Positions 24,115 to 27,917 of a stretch of DNA of 27,917 bases are shown here, one piece after another. The DNA comes from a virus. Taxonomy: Duplodnaviria; Caudoviricetes. Position 1 is the stretch's first letter. Each line of letters begins with the position of its first letter. The stretch covers positions 1 through 27,917 of the IMG/VR virus record IMGVR_UViG_3300044209_000012; one strand, written 5' to 3'. The position numbers and the translations under genes are program-made. Under the pieces are notes generated by a model. The model had not been told where the DNA came from. It made no database searches and saw only the letters and a program-made list of their open reading frames with translations.

Positions 24115-24282
24115 TCAATCGCGGCGCTTGTCCAACAGAGACCAACCGACACCAGCAGCAGCAGCGACACCGCCAACGATAGCGTCAACAGTCGCACCGT
24201 CCACACCATACTTTACGGCCATGCCGCCAGCGACAGCCGTGAGGATATGCCGCACAATGGCGGAGATCATGGTTGCATTCAT
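24115..24282 (-). CDS. Putative small 2-TM holin (absent from the ORF track)
   Basis: MNATMISAIVRHILTAVAGGMAVKYGVDGATVDAIVGGVAAAAGVGWSLLDKRRD; ATGA overlap with the endolysin; charged C-terminus. Confidence 0.7.
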   Translation of the reverse strand: MNATMISAIVRHILTAVAGGMAVKYGVDGATVDAIVGGVAAAAGVGWSLLDKRRD

Positions 24283-24725
24283 GGATTTACCCACCTTCCT
24301 GTTTTCATCTGTTCAGACATGCGCCTGGCTCTGGCCGGAGTCTGTGACGCCCACTTGGATTTGAGCATTTGTTCGGATGCCTCGGTGTACAGACCTTTGC
24401 CGATGAGGTCCAATGTTGTCCTAAAACCCATCAGGCCGTCAACTCCTAATTGGAACGCCATGTTGACGAGGACACCCTGACGCGCTTCGTCAAGGTCATT
24501 GAACCACGGGAGCCGCTTGGACAATTGACTCACGCGATCCATGATGTCGTTTCTCAGCAACATCTCGATCTCGCCATCACGCAGGCCAGCACCAGCGCGA
24601 GAGGCATCAATCAGCCTGCCGACGCCAATAGTCAAATAGCCAAGATGATCCTTGTAGGCTGTCTTCCTGACGCCCTCATCGTATCGGAGTTGCGCTGCGA
24701 CTGTTGATATCAGACCGTCGCCCAT
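24279..24725 (-). CDS. Endolysin, GH24 (T4 lysozyme-like)
   Basis: E-x8-D-x5-T triad in DEGVRKTAYKDHLGYLTIGVG; NMAFQLG; SKWASQTPARARR. GGAGG before ATG 24725. Confidence 0.93.
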   Translation of the reverse strand: MGDGLISTVAAQLRYDEGVRKTAYKDHLGYLTIGVGRLIDASRAGAGLRDGEIEMLLRNDIMDRVSQLSKRLPWFNDLDEARQGVLVNMAFQLGVDGLMGFRTTLDLIGKGLYTEASEQMLKSKWASQTPARARRMSEQMKTGRWVNP

Positions 24726-24772
24726 AGCATCCTCCATACGATCAACGGCAACAGCAACCAGAGCGCACTCAT
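24710..24772 (-). CDS. Possible 20-aa hydrophobic peptide
   Basis: MSALWLLLPLIVWRMLWATV; ATGA-coupled to the upstream gene. Confidence 0.35.
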   Translation of the reverse strand: MSALWLLLPLIVWRMLWATV

Positions 24773-25161
24773 TGCACCAGCCCTGACTTGGCCGCGATGA
24801 ACATCAAAGCCGCACTAGCAGCAGCCCACAGCAGGCGCTCAGTCCATTCTGCTGCCTTGTTCTGCATTGGCTCCGACTTCTCCAGCGCGTGCACCCGTTC
24901 AGCTACGGCGTCCACTTTTTGATCTAGTTTCTCCAGCAGCTTAAAGGCCCGCTCAAGTGCTTGCGCGGTATTAGCTTGCCGTTCCTCAACTAGCGCTAGC
25001 TTAAGGATGGCAGCAGCAAGCTCTTTCATGCCATCCTTGAAGTCGGCCATGCCAGCCTTGATGTCTCCTACATCGGCGTGAAGGTTGGCGAGTTGCTTGG
25101 CAAATGCGCTCCAGGCTTGCTCGCTGCTCCGCCGTTCCTGGCCGGTGTAGTTGTCGCTCAT
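24769..25161 (-). CDS. Lysis-associated coiled-coil protein with C-terminal TM (holin/XhlA-like)
   Basis: YTGQERR, KLALVEERQ, C-terminal LLWAAASAALMFIAA; directly upstream of the endolysin. Confidence 0.7.
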   Translation of the reverse strand: MSDNYTGQERRSSEQAWSAFAKQLANLHADVGDIKAGMADFKDGMKELAAAILKLALVEERQANTAQALERAFKLLEKLDQKVDAVAERVHALEKSEPMQNKAAEWTERLLWAAASAALMFIAAKSGLVQ

Positions 25162-25196
25162 TCTGATTTCCATTAGTCAAACTGTTGGCTATTGTC

Positions 25197-25542
25197 TCAT
25201 TTTTGACAGGTCGGCTGGATGACTTTCTGCTGCTCTCGCCTCGACCTCGTATGGGTTGTTCCAGTACCCGTAGCGACACAGCCACCACGGGTACTTGATG
25301 CCGAACAGGATACGTCCGTCGCGCTCAATCTGCTCCAGGTGCTGGCGCTGTCGGCGTACAGCAGATCGCCCGGCACGTAGGTAATGTTTCCCGCGCCACC
25401 ACTGGTGGCTGGAATCACGCCATGCACAAGTCCCAAGAACTCAAACAGGTTGCTAAAGAACCGATGCCAGGGTCGGCCGGAGATGCCCCCCGGTCTCTGC
25501 GATTGGTTCCAGCGAGGCGGGTAGTCTGGTGTCGTTAGGCAT
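25197..25542 (-). pseudogene. Chimeric remnant: frameshifted fibre-like N-terminus joined to the C-terminal half of a zincin-like peptidase
   Basis: MPNDTRLPASLEPIAETG / shift at G6 / ISGRPWHRFFSNLFEFLG...YVPGDLLYADSAST; another frame reads HLEQIERDG...YGYWNNPYEVEARAAE. Confidence 0.55.
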
Positions 25543-25627
25543 ATAAGCTACAGATGCCAGCGATCACCGCCGACCAGAATGCCAGCAGGACCAAGCCGAT
25601 GCGAGTGTAGGTTTGTAGGTTGGTCAT
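25535..25627 (-). CDS. 30-aa single-TM peptide
   Basis: MTNLQTYTRIGLVLLAFWSAVIAGICSLYA; ATGA-coupled to the tailspike. Confidence 0.5.
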   Translation of the reverse strand: MTNLQTYTRIGLVLLAFWSAVIAGICSLYA

Positions 25628-27408
25628 ACACGCACCACAGACATGCGGGTAAGGCAGGCGTGGATGTGGTTGTCACCGCCGCCGCCGCCGCCGAATCCAG
25701 CTCCCGTGGTGATGTTAATTCTAAGGTTGCTTCCGCTGATAGACAGACTGTTTACTGAGGCAATCAACGTCCCGATGTTGGACGCGACGACTATGCTAGA
25801 CAGCCAGTTAGCAGCAGAACCACCTCTGTTGTAGCTGATTTCAATGCGGCGCACCTGCATTTCTTGACCAGAGCCAGAAAACTGCTGATAGCTCAGGGTC
25901 AAGTCGTAGATGACGGACGAGAACGTCGCGCCGTAGTTTGCCGCATTCGGAAAATCAGGAATCTGGATGTCAATGTTGACGGTGCTTCCTGCGGCAAGCG
26001 TCGGAAAAACAGCAGACCCACCTATCACGTTCGATACAAAAGTTCCACCAGTACCTTTACAGGAGTGAAAAGTGTAATCAGTCAGTCCGTAAACACTATC
26101 ACCAGTCGACCAGTTATACGGAACGATTCCCCGGACGTCCCAATGATTTGCTGCAACCCCGTTTTCCGCATAAATCAAATACGGTGAGCGGTAGTCATCT
26201 GTGCCGTTTGTGGTCTCAAAGCCACCGCCGTCAATAGACCACGCTTCAAACTTGTTTGCACCCCCTGATGCATACGCCAGCCGAATCGGGTTTTGCCCAG
26301 GCTCAAACCCTGCTGCGTTTGCTGTGCCGCGCTGCGAATCCAAGTTGAGGCTGTAAATATGTAGCGCGGATATTTTTGCCCCCGGTGCCGTAGACGGGCA
26401 GTACCCCCAGATACCATAGCCATCGTTGTAACGCCTAGAGACACCACGCACTTCCAGTTTCAGCACAGATTCGTTGAAGAATGCGCCGCCGTTTCCCCAT
26501 ATCTCAAACCTACAGCCGTTACGACCATTTGCCTCCGTGTAGATAGAAAGATCGGCATTTTCAACCCAATCATACCCACCGCAAAACACAGCGAAACCAT
26601 CACGCTGTGCGTTTTTGACATGGACTCGCACGATCGGATCATTGCCATTCAAAAGCACTACGCCATCTCGTCCGGTGGCTTGGCAGTCAACGATAAAGCC
26701 ATCTGTGATGGTTTGCCCGTAGGTATTCCCACCTGAAATCAAGAGGCAGTCCGTGCTTGCGGACAAACCGCTGAACTTTAATATCACCTCGCCCTGAGCG
26801 CGCCAGAAGCCCTCTTGAATCAGTTGTTGCGTGATCTTGTATGACCCAGCAGGCCAAGTTAGCTCCTTGGTCTTGCCACAATACGTCTGCGCGTTTTTAA
26901 TCTGAGTTGTGACATCAATTGTTCCGGCACCGGATACCACATCCGCGATTTGTGCCGCAGTCATGAAATCAAAAACACTCACCGACTCACGCAGCTTCGC
27001 CTGCACGATCGTGGCGACTGCGCCGGTGCCGGCTGGATTGTACGTAATCAGATCAGCATCAGTGACTTGAATAGCCCGAAACTTGGCCGAGTCAGTCCCC
27101 CAAGAGCTAGTCGTAAACGGCAGCGCAGAAGATTTCGGCGCATAGATCACGCCGTTGTAATCAACCGTCTGGCTGGTCAGCGTCAGGCTGATTCCAGATG
27201 CATATGTGACCGGAACTTGATAACCAATTCCATTCAGTACGCCATCAGCAGTTGCCTCAATACCAGCCAGAGAGCGACGAATAACGCCAAGTCTGTCTGT
27301 ATAGCCGGCCGCACTGCCATTGGAAAAGTTGTCCAAATTCTGCGCGTTGTCGTACAGATCACGAGCATCTGTCGAGCCGATGGGGTTGCCGGTGTTGTAG
27401 GTCGTCAT
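25624..27408 (-). CDS. Tailspike / receptor-binding protein, probable beta-helix depolymerase
   Basis: N-terminal anchor MTTYNTGNPIGSTDARDLYDNAQNLD; GAVATIVQAKLRESVSVFDF; WPAGSYKI; Gly/Asn-rich body. Confidence 0.88.
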   Translation of the reverse strand: MTTYNTGNPIGSTDARDLYDNAQNLDNFSNGSAAGYTDRLGVIRRSLAGIEATADGVLNGIGYQVPVTYASGISLTLTSQTVDYNGVIYAPKSSALPFTTSSWGTDSAKFRAIQVTDADLITYNPAGTGAVATIVQAKLRESVSVFDFMTAAQIADVVSGAGTIDVTTQIKNAQTYCGKTKELTWPAGSYKITQQLIQEGFWRAQGEVILKFSGLSASTDCLLISGGNTYGQTITDGFIVDCQATGRDGVVLLNGNDPIVRVHVKNAQRDGFAVFCGGYDWVENADLSIYTEANGRNGCRFEIWGNGGAFFNESVLKLEVRGVSRRYNDGYGIWGYCPSTAPGAKISALHIYSLNLDSQRGTANAAGFEPGQNPIRLAYASGGANKFEAWSIDGGGFETTNGTDDYRSPYLIYAENGVAANHWDVRGIVPYNWSTGDSVYGLTDYTFHSCKGTGGTFVSNVIGGSAVFPTLAAGSTVNIDIQIPDFPNAANYGATFSSVIYDLTLSYQQFSGSGQEMQVRRIEISYNRGGSAANWLSSIVVASNIGTLIASVNSLSISGSNLRINITTGAGFGGGGGGDNHIHACLTRMSVVRV

Positions 27409-27420
27409 GGTTGCCTTTCG

Positions 27421-27917
27421 TCAGATGCTAGGTGCAAAATTGTCGTCGTCGGCGTAGATTCTGGCGTCATAGTTGACTGCCTTGACATCTACGGTATCGC
27501 CATTCGGCGTGATCTCTGTGACAAGAACCGGATAGCTCCAAGTCGTCGTCGTGCCGAAAATCACATGAGTCGGTTCGATGGATGATGCCGCCGTGATCGG
27601 CGTAAAGTCCAGCGATCCGCTAATGTTTATAGTGTAATCGTCCACGCGAGTGGCGGCAAATGGGCCGCATAGCGTGCCGTCAGTGCGGCGCAATCCGGCC
27701 ACATGAGATGCGCTATCTGTCCAGGCCATCGGTTCAGATACTCGCAGTTGATAGCCGCCGCTGATGGCTGTGATGCTGCGGAGAATGGACGATTGCCCAT
27801 AGCCTGGCACATCGTCGGACAGTGCGCAGTAGCTCAAGTATCGGCTGTTGAGCGCGTCCCACTCTGTGCTGAAGCTGTAGACCTTGCGCCGGTAAGCGTC
27901 AATCCGGCGCTGGCGCA
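27421..27917 (-). CDS. Tail tip / host-specificity protein (J-like), C-terminal part
   Basis: Frame is open to the right edge: YSFSTEWDALNSRYLSYCALSDDVPGYGQS...AVNYDARIYADDD; directly upstream of the tailspike. Confidence 0.8.
   Translation of the reverse strand, partial: RQRRIDAYRRKVYSFSTEWDALNSRYLSYCALSDDVPGYGQSSILRSITAISGGYQLRVSEPMAWTDSASHVAGLRRTDGTLCGPFAATRVDDYTINISGSLDFTPITAASSIEPTHVIFGTTTTWSYPVLVTEITPNGDTVDVKAVNYDARIYADDDNFAPSI

Noticed and set aside
24018-24209. 63-aa minus-strand ORF as a nested spanin
   Set aside because: An alternative frame of the holin with no convincing lipobox and no RBS.
24080-25529. 12-bp direct repeat CGGGTAGTCTGG (24080 and 25518) flanking the lysis cassette
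   Set aside because: On the order of tens of chance 12-mer pairs are expected in 28 kb, and no recombinase is nearby.
25676-25693. (GCC)n run
   Set aside because: It encodes a Gly6 linker in the tailspike.
1-27917. tRNA, rRNA, diversity-generating retroelement, IS or intron
   Set aside because: I saw no cloverleaf, reverse transcriptase, transposase or interrupted core gene; tRNAscan and Rfam were not run.

Overview
The whole window is a tailed dsDNA phage genome segment with an HK97-type head. Gene content suggests a proteobacterial, probably betaproteobacterial, host (inference). Reading the minus strand right to left gives the end of the tail-tip gene, a tailspike, a decayed chimeric region and a lysis cassette. 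A plus-strand early region of many small ORFs follows, transcribed away from a lone Cro-like gene. Next comes a replication module (DUF2815-type SSB, SNF2-like helicase, Cas4-like/DUF2800 nuclease, small HTH, primase-helicase, AT-rich putative origin). The left part holds VRR-NUC, HNH, a probable cos site, terS, a ParB-methylase, terL, portal, protease, major capsid protein, two glycosyltransferase-like genes and fibre-like structural genes. Tail genes lie at the right edge and head genes at the left on the same strand, so the window spans the packaging ends and probably holds all non-structural genes. I recognise no integrase, CI repressor, DNA polymerase or spanin. Highlights: (1) a start-less glycosyltransferase-like frame overlapping the gene after the capsid gene, best explained by a programmed -1 frameshift, within a putative virion-glycosylation module; (2) three candidate antisense sRNA genes of shared design; (3) a three-copy palindromic operator/promoter; (4) duplicated long hairpins separating early mini-gene cassettes. 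All family assignments come from motif recognition by eye, not database searches.
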